From positions 34,783,917-34,847,916 of the forward strand of contig NC_068988.1 of the NCBI RefSeq assembly GCF_001194135.2: a stretch of DNA of 64,000 nt, written 5' to 3'. Under the pieces are notes generated by a model, which saw only the letters and a list, made by a program, of their open reading frames with translations, did no database searches and was not told where the DNA came from. The translations under genes and the position numbers were made by a program. The stretch comes from Octopus bimaculoides. Its lineage: Eukaryota. Shown here piece after piece: positions 49,790 to 62,714 of this stretch (its first letter is position 1; each line of letters begins with the position of its first letter).

Positions 49790-50252
49790 NNNNNNNNNNN
49801 NNNNNNNNNNNNNNNNNNNNNNNNNNNNNNNNNNNNNNNNNNNNNNNNNNNNNNNNNNNNNNNNNNNNNNNNNNNNNNNNNNNNNNNNNNNNNNNNNNNN
49901 NNNNNNNNNNNNNNNNNNNNNNNNNNNNNNNNNNNNNNNNNNNNNNNNNNNNNNNNNNNNNNNNNNNNNNNNNNNNNNNNNNNNNNNNNNNNNNNNNNNN
50001 NNNNNNNNNNNNNNNNNNNNNNNNNNNNNNNNNNNNNNNNNNNNNNNNNNNNNNNNNNNNNNNNNNNNNNNNNNNNNNNNNNNNNNNNNNNNNNNNNNNN
50101 NNNNNNNNNNNNNNNNNNNNNNNNNNNNNNNNNNNNNNNNNNNNNNNNNNNNNNNNNNNNNNNNNNNNNNNNNNNNNNNNNNNNNNNNNNNNNNNNNNNN
50201 NNNNNNNNNNNNNNNNNNNNNNNNNNNNNNNNNNNNNNNNNNNNNNNNNNNN
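49790..50252. other. Assembly gap (N)
   Basis: N run followed by poly(A). Confidence 0.99.
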
Positions 50253-50359
50253 AAAAAAAAAAAAAAAAAAAAAAAAAAACGGGCAAAAGTAAAAACAGGC
50301 TAAAATTTTTCCTAGGGTTTATCCCATATCAGTGCAGAGTCCATTTGCATGCATTTCTT

Positions 50360-50500
50360 CTATGATTTTATGTAATCCTTAGCATCTTCAAAATCCACAT
50401 CAGCAGTGTATATGTCCTCAATCAACTTGCCCTGCAACCATTTGGGTGGGAGAAGTTCCTGGCCGTCACTTCTCAAGTTTGGTAGGAGCACAGATTCTGG
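50360..50500 (-). pseudogene. Orphan protein-like fragment (PESVLLPNLRSDGQELLPPKWLQGKLIEDIYTADVDFEDAKDYIKS*)
   Basis: 46 sense codons of complex, non-repetitive composition, absent from the ORF track. It abuts a SINE A head. Unidentified. Confidence 0.35.
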
Positions 50501-50672
50501 TAGACTTCACAGTTTCTGTCTACCAAACTTCACTTACAAAACTATCATCAACTCTCAACTATGACAGAAGATACTTGCCCAAGGTTGAGGTGCAGTGCAG
50601 TACAGTTGGAATTTAAACCTCAATATCATGTAGTTTCAGAAACAAACCTTTTTACAACACATTCATGTTTGC
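50501..50672 (-). mobile_element. SINE A head, decayed
   Basis: CAGTTTCTGTCTACCAAA...GAAGATACTTGCCCAAGG. Confidence 0.65.
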
Positions 50673-52295
50673 TTCCATTCTTTTAAAGACACTTGAGCAT
50701 GATTTAATGGTAATCTCACTGCTGTCTCTAGCAAATCAGAGTGTGCCATATGAGGCTGGGGTCGTTTTAGATGGAAGTTGTTGAGGTAACTTGGGCAGTG
50801 TTGATAATAGTCGTGGTGGCATTAGTAGTGGTTAGTCTTGACATTGGATGCAGTGACTTTGATGAGTCTTGCCAATGATTTTGATGGCATGGTACACTAG
50901 TAGTAGTAGTAGTAGTAGTAGATGAAGGAAAGTAGGGAAACTGAATGCTCAGACTGAGCAGTTAAATCAGTGATAGTGTCTACAACAAATACTATTACTA
51001 CTACTGCTGTTGCTATGTTCCTGTTGCTGCCGTTGCTGCTGCAAAGTTTTATTTTGTTCAATTTATTCCTGTTTCTTTTATTTTGACATTACTGACATTA
51101 TTTTGTCAGTTGGGTGTGTCTCTGATGTAGGATAGCTTTTATGTTTGTCTGTTTGCCTGTCTGTCTCTCTATATGTGGGTGTGTGTATTTATGCCAACAT
51201 GTATACACATTCACACATCTACGTATACTTACATATGTATAGACAGACGGACAGACAGACATAACCACTTTTATGTGCATGGCTGAGGTGATGTATGTGT
51301 ATGTGTACATATGCCTCTGTATCTGTATTTATATATGTGTACACATTCACACATATATACAAACACAGACAGACAATCAGACATGACTACATTTGTGTGG
51401 GTGGCTGTGGTGATGTACTTTTGTGTGCGCGTATATCTGTGTAGTTTTATTATATACATGCATGAAAACAAATTGATTATCCACATGCTTGTTGTGTGTA
51501 TATTATATACACAGACAGGCACAAACTTTTCATCTCCAAGACATTGATAAACAACACATGCCTGGTGTAAGGATCAAATGTAGTTGTATGCACAGCAGAT
51601 TTAATTTTGTCTGCGAGTCACTCTAACACCACCACCACTATACTTCCCTTTCCATGCCTTTTATATCTATCTTTCTAGCTATTTCTCTGTCCATTTATCT
51701 ATCTTTCTTTCTATTCTCTCATCTGTCTGTCTCTCCCCTCCTCTCTCTACATGTTTGTCTTTATATGCCTGTATGTCCGTATTATCTGTCCTATGTTTCT
51801 ACCTGTCATTCTATCTGCTTTGCCATTTGTTTAAATCTGTCTGTCTGTCTATCTATCTTTTCATTATTTGTTTCTTTGGTCATTTATTGAGCAATATGCA
51901 AAGGAAAGGCAATATTTATTGCCTTCCGACGAACCCAGAGGGTATCGGAAAGTGATGTTCTATTACTTATCTATAAATATGTCTTTTAGTATAATCTGTT
52001 CATCTATTTGGCAATCTAATCTCATATATTCATATGTGTGTGTACACACACACACATACATATATATGTGTGTGTGTGTGTGTTTATATATGTCTATATC
52101 TATCTGTATGCCTGTTCATCTATTTTCTTTTTCTATCTTTGACTTTTGCATTAATTTAATTCTTAATTCCTTCCTCTTATTTTCTTTGTCAAATGTCAAC
52201 AATTTCCATACTGTATATGAACTCATGTCATATGCAACAACTGTTAATAATAACATGAAATTTAAATAAACCATTGTTTACCGCTTGTAAAAAGT

Positions 52296-52460
52296 ATGTA
52301 ACCCAGTGGTTAGAGTATTTGAGTCACAGTTGGTAGGTTATGGGTTCAATTCTCAGACTGGACAGTGTTTTGTGTGTCTTATTTTATGGGACTTTATTTT
52401 GCATTTCTCTAGTACACTCAACTGAAAAGGAATAGTAATAGTACCTTGTGTCCTTCCAGA
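52296..52460 (+). mobile_element. SINE D, decayed
   Basis: AGTGGTTAGAGT...GGTTCAATTCTC head, similar to 23164. Confidence 0.5.
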
Positions 52461-52723
52461 CGAGGAGAGAATCTTGAATCCCCCCCCCCCATCTCAACAC
52501 CTTGAGAATCTGAGTTAGTTCCAACTACAGGGATATGAAGGCTTGAAACAGATCACTGGTTGTTATATATATGTTTGACCCTGAAACGGCTAATATTACC
52601 TTGATGTGTGTATGTGTGTGTATTCAAAGCTGAGGGCCCTTTTGATTGCTATTTTGAGATTTATGTTGTTGCACTTAAAGCTGCATAAAACTTTAGCCTC
52701 AGCTTTCTGTAATAAATTAACTC

Positions 52724-52766
<43 letters not shown>

Positions 52767-52778
52767 AANNNNNNNNNN

Positions 52779-52819
<41 letters not shown>

Positions 52820-52924
52820 AATATACACGTATATATATAAACATATATATATATATATATATACATACATTCACACACACACATATATACATATGCAGAT
52901 GCACACACACATACAAATATATAT

Positions 52925-53076
<152 letters not shown>

Positions 53077-53442
53077 GATGTGTATATATTTTCCTTGTTT
53101 GTAAATTCAATATATGTGTGTGTGCACGTACATATGTATATGCACCCAATTTATCAATGCATCATCAATTCTATTGATAATACTTTTAGGATGATGAGTT
53201 ATCCATGCCTTAAATAATATTTAATATAATTAAATTGAAATTGAATGAAGCCTGTGTTATAATAATGAACTAACAAAAAACAGAAAAAGCCGAGAATGTT
53301 TCTGCATGGTCAGTTGATCTGCTAGGAAAAAGGCAGTTCAATCTTTCTGAAATCACATCTTCATTCTTTAAAAGTTAGATCTTAGTATCAGTTTCTCCTC
53401 TCCCTCATAGAAAGTGAGGTATATGAAATCTCCATCTAACAG

Positions 53443-53504
53443 GGTTGCAAGTGTATTATGAGGTTGTACCCAGGCCAAGCCAAGCCAGACCTCTATCTGC
53501 CAGT
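53443..53504 (+). CDS. Candidate 62-nt exon (-LQVYYEVVPRPSQARPLSAS)
   Basis: Acceptor TCCATCTAACAG|, donor AGT|GTATGT and an open frame. Confidence 0.3.
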
Positions 53505-55223
53505 GTATGTTTTCAATAGTCCTACCATGGAATGCCTTTACTGTAAGATCTGTTTGTTCCGATCTGACCTGTGGTTATATAACAACTTGATACAATGTAT
53601 TTGGATATACTTATATTTGTGTGTCATATATGCACACTTTAATGTAACATTTGCTTTCTCTTACTCTCTCTTTCTCTTACTCTCTCTTTCTCTTACTTTA
53701 TCTGTCTCTCTCCCTCTCTTTCAATCTTGGCCTCTTGATTTGTGTCTTATTTCACTTTCCCTTCCATCATTCATGTCTTTGTACACATACACATCACAAG
53801 CCACCGGAGACATCTTATTACAACACAAGCACATGTTGCGCAACCTAATACACATACCTATAGTCATACGCACACACACATGCACACAAGCAATTTGCCT
53901 CCTACTCACATGTTTATATACATCCCTTGAGTGACAAATTTAAGGTCCATGTGAATTTTCTTCTTTATTTTTCATCTTATGTTTTCTCACATTACTATCA
54001 AAGAAGTGATGTAAGCTGTAGAATGTGTGGGTGTATTTGTACGCACCATGCATACACATCTTTGAACATACACACACACATTTGTGGGCTAGTTGGTAGG
54101 TGGGAAGATGAATGAGAGAAATGGTAAGGCTATTTATGACAGTGCTACATATATTTGTATTTGTGCATGTGCTTCATATACCAAATGTTTGGTATATGTT
54201 TATTCATATTTTCACATATTGATATTATCATACACACAGGTGGACTTCACATTTGTGTGTATCTGTGTGTATGCATGAATATGTATATAGATAGATGTGA
54301 ATATGTGTGTGTGTGTGTGTGTGTGTATACATGCATATGTATATAGATAGATGTGTATCTGTGTGTGTGTGTGTGTATACACAAATATGTATGCATACTT
54401 ACATACTTTTATACAAATACAAAAACACATGCACACACCTACACAGGTAAACATTCATACAAATATATATGTGCACACATACATTCAAATTGGTGTATGT
54501 GTCTGTCTGTTTATGTATGTGTTTGTCTGTTTGTGTATGTGTATAGTTGTGTGGATATTTGCAAAGATGTATGTATGTGTATGGTTATATGCATATACAT
54601 GTCTGTATACATGGATGGGTACTCAGAGAGAAACAGCAAGCCATGTAAAGAATGTTTATTGACTTTAGCCAACATATTCAACTAATAATCTGCAATGCTT
54701 AGAAAGTCAACAGCTTAAACAGATTGAGATGTGTCACTGGGAACATGTTAAGGTTTCTGTCGCTTCTAATGTAGTCTAAAGCTTACTGTCTGTATATATA
54801 TATATATATATACACACATACACACAGCTGCGGCTGTGCGTATGTGTGTGGTGAAAACCCTGGAACCTTGATACTTGATAGAAGTCCTGCACTGTCTTTA
54901 AGGGAGTGTTGGAATGTTAATGTATCAAATAAGGAGAGAGAGAGAGAGAGCTGGAGAAAAGTGACACAAGCTCTTACAGAGATAAGCATAGACAGACAGA
55001 CAGATAGATAGATGTTTATATAACTGAGACTGTGTTGGTTTCGCTGCTGAGATGGATAGGACTGTTTAATTTATGGAAAGTTTTACGAAGGCTGTGGTGA
55101 GTTGAAGAAACGCATGTTCTTTTTAATTTGTACCTATGTTGTGTGTGTTTCTATGTGTGTCTTTGTGTACATGCTGATGCTTCTGTTTATGTATGTACAT
55201 ATCTCTCTGTTGATGTATGTGTT

Positions 55224-55257
<34 letters not shown>

Positions 55258-55464
55258 GTATGTATGTATATGGTTGAAGGAACTTAATAGATAGTGTTAT
55301 CAAGCTGTTATTGTTATCAAAATTAGTGGGTCTCAAACATGCTTGGAATCTTGTGTCTCTTCTGTTAATGTTATCAGTCTCTTATTGTTTTTTTGTCTGA
55401 TAGTGATCACAATAAGTAGCTTTTATTCTGTGTGCTTATGTGAGTATTTTTTTTTCTTCATGAA

Positions 55465-55505
<41 letters not shown>

Positions 55506-57332
55506 AATGCATATAATTCATTTTCACCCTGTATGTGTATGGTGCTTGTATGTCTGCAGTGAGAAAAAGCAAAGAGAGATATATAGTTATATGTATATAC
55601 ATCAATTCAACCATCAATAGATAGATATTAAAAGAAAGAAAATTGTGTTACAATGTCATCCAAAAGAATTTGGATTTTTCATTCTAATGGTGCTTGACAC
55701 TACTGGAGGGAGTAATGCTATCGAAAGGTACTGAAGCAATCATGGTTTCTCGTTGACAGCTGATGAAGGGAATCTCCTGCAATGAATTCATGTGGGTGTG
55801 GGAAACCTTGGGAACAGGTTGAACATTACATCACATCTGTTAAAATTGTTGCAGTTCTGGATGACTAATGATAACTAGTTGTCTGTGAATAAATCTGTGA
55901 CACTGCATTGAGTACTCAAGTAAGGTCATTTTATCCCCTTGCACATTGTATACTAGGCAGTCATAGAAATGAAGGATTCTCTATATGGTCATTTCATTTG
56001 ATAGAACTAATAGCCGCAATCTACTGAAATGAATATCTTGTATTCTATGTTATAGCCCTACATATTGCTAAAGTGATGGGTTGGTCATCATAGATAAAAT
56101 ACCTTTAATGATGGCTCTGCTTGATTAGAGTTGACTTTGGATTAAGCAACAACAGTAACAACACTAATCAGTTTAAGTGAATGAGGGAGTCTATATGCCA
56201 AACATGAGCTGGATGTGGCCCTTTCACACCGTGTGATACATGAAATTTTATGATTACACCAGCCAAATAACCTTTTTATCAAAATATGTATTTTCCTTCA
56301 GACTTGATTACATAAAATAATTAATAAAGGTGTTTGTTAATTTTTAGTTTTGTTTTTCAAATCAAGATGAGCAATATCTTAGAGTTCTCTGGTCAACAAA
56401 GGTCGTTCAGGACTGTTCTGTGCTTTTACTTGACTGGCTAGAAACAGCAATCAATTTCCCATATTGTATGATATATATATATATATATAATTGAAAAGAT
56501 GTTTAAGAGTCCATAGAAATCAAAAATTATATTTAACACAATGGAGTTGGAAAAGGCACAGAAGTATATTTTAGAGACTGTTTTATATTTTTGTTACAGT
56601 GAGTGATTTAAAATATAACTGGTTTCGATGTATCCATCTTATCAAATATTAGAAAGAGTTCTTGGGAAGTCAGAGAGAGAGAAACAAATTTGGGGTTTAA
56701 TAGTTTGTACTCATACAGAATGCTGATAATCAAGAGGACACTGCATAGATGTCTTAGCCAAGATATTGGCCCCCAGAGCAAATCAGTGCACTCAGCTCTA
56801 TAGTACATATTTATTGAAAGCATACCACAGTATGCATAGGTTATAATCAGGCCCCTAAACATGTGAGGCCCTCCTACGACTCTCCATTGTGCTCAAGTCT
56901 CAAGACAGTATTTATTGGTGGAATGCCTACAACTATGAGTCAGCTTAGTCCAGGCTAATGCAGACCTTAAACAACAACATCAAATAGGTCCACTGAACAT
57001 GACTAAAAAGAATTGTTCAGTTTAACATATACTTATCAAGCCAAAAGTAGTTGTAACCTGTGGAGATAAATACTTTCTTTGCTCTCAGCTTAGGTCTGTC
57101 TTACACTTGAATCTGTCACATCCTAAGAGATATTCTTTGATTCCATCTGCAGTTTCACGACCACTGCAGTGTTACTTCTAATTTTGGTCTGAATGCTTAC
57201 AATGCTTGCTGATTAGATAGGAAGAATATTGTGGTTCAAGCTATACACCCACATCATCCCAGCTTCATTCACTGGAACTACTGTATATTACCATTCTGAC
57301 ACTTCACATGTCTTGGTGCATTTGCAAGGTGC

Positions 57333-57364
<32 letters not shown>

Positions 57365-57468
57365 TTACAAACACACACACACGCATACACGTCTATATAT
57401 ACAGGCACACTCGAAATAAGTCTGTAATTATTTTTTGTTTTGGCAGGCTAGCAGAGGTGTATATATTA

Positions 57469-57473
<5 letters not shown>

Positions 57474-57547
<74 letters not shown>
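57474..57547. repeat. (AT)n microsatellite
   Basis: Direct reading. Confidence 0.96.
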
Positions 57548-57550
<3 letters not shown>

Positions 57551-57716
57551 CACAGGAGTGGCTGTGTGGTAAATAGCTTGCTTACCAACCACATGTTTCT
57601 GGATTCAGTCCCACTGCATGCCACCTTGGGAAAGTGTCTTCTATAGCCTTGGTCCAACCAAAGCCCTGTGAGTGGGTTTGGTAGATGGAAACTGAAAGCA
57701 GTCTGTTGTATGTATA

Positions 57717-57784
<68 letters not shown>

Positions 57785-57980
57785 TGTCTTCCCCCCACCA
57801 CCATTGCTTGACAACCAATGCTGGTGTGTTTATGTCCCTGCAACTTAGCGTTTTGATGAAAGAGACCGATAGAATAAGTGCTAGGCTTACAAAGAATAAG
57901 ACCTGGGGGCAATTTGTCCGACTAAAGGAGGTACTCCAGCATGGCCACAGTCAAATGACTGAAATAAAAGAATAAAAGAA
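57548..57980 (+). mobile_element. SINE A, full-length reference copy
   Basis: GGCACAGGAGTGGCTGTGTGGTAAATAGC head, internal (AT)n(GT)n and AAAAGAATAAAAGA tail. Confidence 0.92.
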
Positions 57981-58004
57981 AGAATAGATAGATAGATAGA
58001 TAGA

Positions 58005-58337
58005 TGCTTTACAGAGTGTGCTGAGTTTCTTTTTACATTCCAATGGGATGGGTACATTTACACAGCACTGGCACAAATGCAACTCACATGGCACCGGCAT
58101 GAGTGCATTTTACATGGCACCATCACCTGCGAAGGACATACATGTATGTATGCTTGACCATGGTTTTACTTAGCTTGTCACATCTTCTCAGGTACAACAA
58201 ATTGCCACAACTGCTGGTCCCTTGTCGTTTTCTCTATGAGGCCCAGCATCTGAAGATCCTTTCTCACCATTTCTTTCTTCCCACATCTGTCCAGGTCTAC
58301 CCCTTCCACAGGTTTCCTCCACAATTATAGATCAGCA
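58005..58337 (-). mobile_element. RTE LINE ORF2 C-terminus plus UTR
   Basis: The minus-strand translation VEETCGRGRPGQMWEE / MVRKDLQMLGLIEKTTRDQQLWQFVVPEKM*QAK* is the RTE GRGRP..W...V..DL...W end. It ties the common tail to an RTE LINE. Confidence 0.85.
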
Positions 58338-58517
58338 CTGTGTGTACATGTATACACAGAAGCTACTGGTGGTATATTTATGTGATTATGTTTGGATGTT
58401 TTATTTTTACATTTCTTTTATATTAAGGCATTTGTGTTCTTGATTAAAGATATGAGAGGATGTTTAGTCTATGTGTGTAAATAGATATTAATCCATACTA
58501 TTTGGTGTCAGCATGCA

Positions 58518-58553
<36 letters not shown>

Positions 58554-58690
58554 CGTGCATGCATGCTTGTGTGTGAGTGTAATATGGACTGTTGATCCAT
58601 TAGTATGAGTGCTAACATAAATACTTAGAGACATTCTTGTAAGGATGTGTGTATATCTATGTAATCTATATATATAAAAATGAGAATGTG

Positions 58691-58721
<31 letters not shown>

Positions 58722-58734
58722 GTGAATCCCTAAA

Positions 58735-58943
58735 ACTCGAGAACTACGCAACCACAGATGAAATACTGCTTAGCATTATCTGTCTATGTTCTGAATTCAA
58801 ATGTCATTGAGGTCATCTATTGTTTTCATTCTTTCGAAGTCAATGAAATAAGTACCAGCTGAACACTAAGGTTGATGTAATTGATAGGCCCACTCCACAC
58901 AAATTTCAAGTCTTGGGGCTATAGTAGAAAGGATTATTATTAT
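58735..58943 (+). mobile_element. SINE B (tail type ii, CTATAGTAGAAAGG(ATT)n)
   Basis: B core and ATT tail. Confidence 0.75.
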
Positions 58944-59470
58944 TTTCCTTTGCCTGGTGGCTGTGGCGAAAGAGGTTGTTTGTTGGACAAGGCTGAAAGG
59001 CATAAGGATAGATACATTCCTCTTTGGTAGATCTCTCATTGACTTTTTCAAGTTTCACTTGAAAAGGAAATTCAGAGTGGAGAGGGAAGTGTTGTCCTTG
59101 AGTGAGTTTACTGAAAGGTAGATGAAAGTTGTAAAAAATGGCAAGAGTAGATGGTGCCTCTCTAATTGTAGACATGTGAGTCGGAGAGAAGGAATTGCAG
59201 AGGGCATGGCCCCTAGGGTTTCAGGAAAACCTTGGACAGTGGAGTTCCTTGATTATCCCTAGAGGCATTCCTGTATCAGGAGGGCCACATCTGTATCATC
59301 CTCCCCACTCTGTTTTTTTTTCCTACCTTTGTATGCTATGAATCATTTCATTATTATATGTAAACCCCCCACACTTTGTCTGTCTCTCTATTGTCCCCCT
59401 CATCTTTCACCCATGTGGCAAATAAATGAAAGTATTATGATTATTATCATTATTATTATTATTATTATAT
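58944..59470 (+). mobile_element. L1-Tx1 LINE 3' end (ORF2 C-terminus, 3' UTR, AATAAA, (ATT)n)
   Basis: LCLVAVAKEVVCWTRLKGIRIDTFLFGRSLIDFFKFHLKRKFRVEREVLS... is open for ~55 codons and resembles Tx1 ORF2 ends (from recall). AATAAA lies at 59421. Confidence 0.75.
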
Positions 59471-59602
59471 CTAGAGAGTAGAGTTCTTTATTTGTATACG
59501 ATTGACACAATCCATCACTAAGGTAAACATAGCTGACGTAATCCATCACCAAGGCAAACTTAATAACGAAAAGTGCGACTCGAAAGCACAGTCCTGCATA
59601 GA

Positions 59603-59603
59603 C

Positions 59604-59636
<33 letters not shown>

Positions 59637-59716
59637 CATTATTATTATTATTATTATGGTTATTATGGTTATTATTATTATTATTATTATGGTTATTATT
59701 ATTGTTGTTGTTGTTG
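59603..59716. repeat. (ATT)n/(GTT)n microsatellite
   Basis: Direct reading. Confidence 0.95.
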
Positions 59717-60699
59717 CATTAGAATTCTTCTAGTGTTACAATATATTAAATTTGTACATCTACAGTACATTTTTCAGGCTCTCTGTCATGTGGTGATGAT
59801 GATGGTGGTGATGGTGCACCAAGTACCCCAGTCACCAATCACTCACAGTCAACTGAAACACAGATTTAGTGTGGCCCTAACTGTGAGTTATGTTATATAA
59901 TAGCAGCCCACTGAGAGACAGGATTTGGATGTGAACAGATGCTTGGTGGTGCTGTGCTTGAATTCCCAAATTACAAACAATACATACTGTCGATTATTTT
60001 TATTTTTTTTATTTTTATTCTTTTGAGATAATTCTTGAAGTTTTACTGCTAAGTTAGGAGAGAGAGTGAGAGAGTGTGTTGGTGAAAAAGAGCAATGTTT
60101 AGGTGAGAGGAAAAATGAAAAGTCAAGAAGGAATGAGAGGGAGAGAAGGATAAAGAGAAAGAGGGAGGATGTTGATTGGAGACAGAGGGTAGAGATTGCA
60201 ATGCCAAAGAGAGGTAGAGTGTAGGAGGAAATGAGAAAGGAGAGAGATGGAAGTGAGCTGGAGAGAACAAGGATAAAAAGGAAGCTGGAGTATAGAAGTC
60301 AGAGGGGAGAGAGGGAGATGGAAGATTGTGATTGGCTGAGAAATTGAGTTTGAAGATTTTGTTTTACAGAGAATATTCTAGATGAATGTGATTGTCCATC
60401 CCCTTAACCCCACACTTTTGGCCCCAATACCACTGGTTTGGTATTGGAATAGTTAAAAAAAAATTTTTTGTTCTTTTTAATTGTTTTTTTTATTTACCTG
60501 TTTTTGTTCACTATCACTGCTACCACCATCACAACTGGTTACCTATAAGCAGTTAAGCAACAGATTTAGTGTATGTATGTCTAGGTGTGTGTGTGTGTGT
60601 ATAGAGGGAGAGAGGAAGAGAGTGAGAAAGCCAACAAATCCAGAGATGCTCAATATAGAAAACATGTGCTCAAATGTTTTAACTTAAACTCCAAAATCT

Positions 60700-61078
60700 T
60701 TACTGAGGGCCAAGTCTGTGGAGTAAAGAGTGACTATAAGGGGAATCCAGCTGAACCGATTTGAAGATAATGATACAAATAAATAAAACTGCATGGGTTT
60801 GCACATTGCCGTACTCAAAAAGACCTGCACTCCACAGCAGAAGTGTTATGACCAGTCCCCCTGGTGATGAAAAGCACTCATGACAGTGCCTTGTAAAAGC
60901 GCTTGTGTGGTACCATATCAAAAAGCCCATACAGCGCCATATAAAGGCATCCAGCAGAAGCCATGCCAAATTAGACTGGAGTATTGTGTAGCTCCTCAGC
61001 CTGCCAATTTTGGTCAGACCATCCAACTCATACCAGCGTAGACAACAGACATTAAATGATGATGATGATGATGATGAT
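60700..61078 (+). mobile_element. RTE 3' end, decayed
   Basis: The ORF2-end remnant IAVLKKTC at ~60805-60830, then the common tail and (GAT)n. Confidence 0.7.
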
Positions 61079-61709
61079 ATACATATATATCTTTGCCTAA
61101 GATTTGTTATTGCTTACCTGCTGGCTCCCTTCATTCACCATCAACCTTCATGGAGCATACTTGTTACCAAAGGCTGCTTGCTTTTTTTCCTATTAGATTA
61201 GAGCCCCATCATCGCTGTTGCCAGCTTGTGCTAGTTGTAGGTTTACTTGTCAACACTTGCCAAGGCTGGATGAGGATGCTCTTGTGGTTAAGTGGTTAGT
61301 GCTGATCATTAGCACTTACACGGTATTTAAATTCAGAATGCTAATTGATCAGAGCAGATATTGATAGACATTTTGTCTGACTCTGTGACCATTCCACTTA
61401 TCTACTACTTGCTTTAAACTGAACTTGGCTGGATTTGAACTCAAAGTGCAAAGCATCAGAACAAATACCGAAAAGCAGTCCACCGGATGCTGTAATGGTT
61501 CTGCACATTAACATCCTCAATGAAGTTCATATTACAGAAAAAAATTTTTTAAATTTACTGTCGTTTGGTAGTTTTAACATTGGAATTGTAGTCATTGTAT
61601 AGTTGTCAACCCATGTAGTTAATAAAGAAAACATTATTATTGTTATTATCATTATTACAAATTAGTTTCAGTTTATAAATGATTAGCCCAGCCGACCATC
61701 TTTTGTTTC

Positions 61710-61930
61710 TTTGTGGTCAATGGACATCCTAGATATAACAGGAAAATCTCCCCCAAACCTACCAAAGTGAAGCACATATTCAAGAATTTGGTTCTGGATT
61801 GCAGTTTCACTGTTTGGGGAAAAAAATGTCAGGATGGTCAAAGTTGGAATGCCTTTTGATCATAGGTGTGCTTAATTTGGATTAACCTGAGGCTAAACAA
61901 AACAGTCACGATAATAACAACAGCAACAAC
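61710..61930 (+). mobile_element. Family E SINE-like element with an (AAC)n tail
   Basis: GGATGGTCAAAGTTGGAATGCCTTTTGATCATAGGTGTGCT...CCTGAGGCTAAAC. Confidence 0.65.
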
Positions 61931-62714
61931 AGGTTTTGTTTTGTGTTGCAATGCCAAATGTTACTGTCATAATGTCATGCTTCAGCTGTCGACTGTTTTC
62001 TCTATTTCATGGGTGGAAGAGTTTATATTATTACACAGACTTATCTGAACTGACAAGTTGCAATGTTAGTGTTTGTTGCTCGTCACTGGCAGTATAGGTG
62101 AGGAAGTGTTTTTCAATGACTGAACTTCCAAATCATATATTTCTATATGTAGAATCCCTGGTTAATTACATTTCAAAAACTTTCAGGAAAATATATCTTT
62201 ATACTTACTTCACCAGTATTTCAACTGAGTTTCATAACATTTTGTAGGCACTCTCACTATATCATGGTAAAAAAGAGGAAAGTAGTTGAGATAGCATTTT
62301 ATGAAGACACTTCAATCAGCTACACCACAGGCAATAAATCTTTTAGCAAAGACATATCCTATTTAATGTGCTTGGTATTGCTTTATCCATAGACAGTGCC
62401 AATCTGAGACCAACAAAATTAGTAGAGTACTTGTTAATTTATAGTTTGTTGCAGGCATGGGCAACCTCTTCCAAGGAGCAGACTGTATGAGTCATGACTT
62501 GTCATCAGGTGGGCTGTACTACTAAAAACATTTAAGGTAATTTTTCATTGCTATGCCATTCTGAATGTTCTATGGGTCAAAGTTTTCCCAGCACAAGTTT
62601 GTAGTTTAAATAGTACTCTTGCTTCATGGGCAAACTGAGCTTCCCTGTAGTACTTATTTATAGTTAGACTGCCATTATAAATTCATATTTTTATTGATTC
62701 TTTTAATTCTATAC

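Noticed and set aside
54812-54849. 17-bp hairpin
   Set aside because: The arms are (CA)n/(TG)n microsatellite-derived, so the pairing is expected by chance.
55620-55727. Frame KIVLQCHPKEFGFFILMVLDTTGG with a PDZ-like look
   Set aside because: The acceptor is poor and the similarity is too vague to call.
61118-61300. Strong minus-strand donor CAG|GTAAGC at 61117
   Set aside because: There is no acceptor and no long open frame upstream.
62210-62257. Minus-strand 48-nt segment with a good acceptor and GAA|GTAAGT donor
   Set aside because: It has stops in all three frames, so it is not coding. It may be part of a DNA-transposon remnant.
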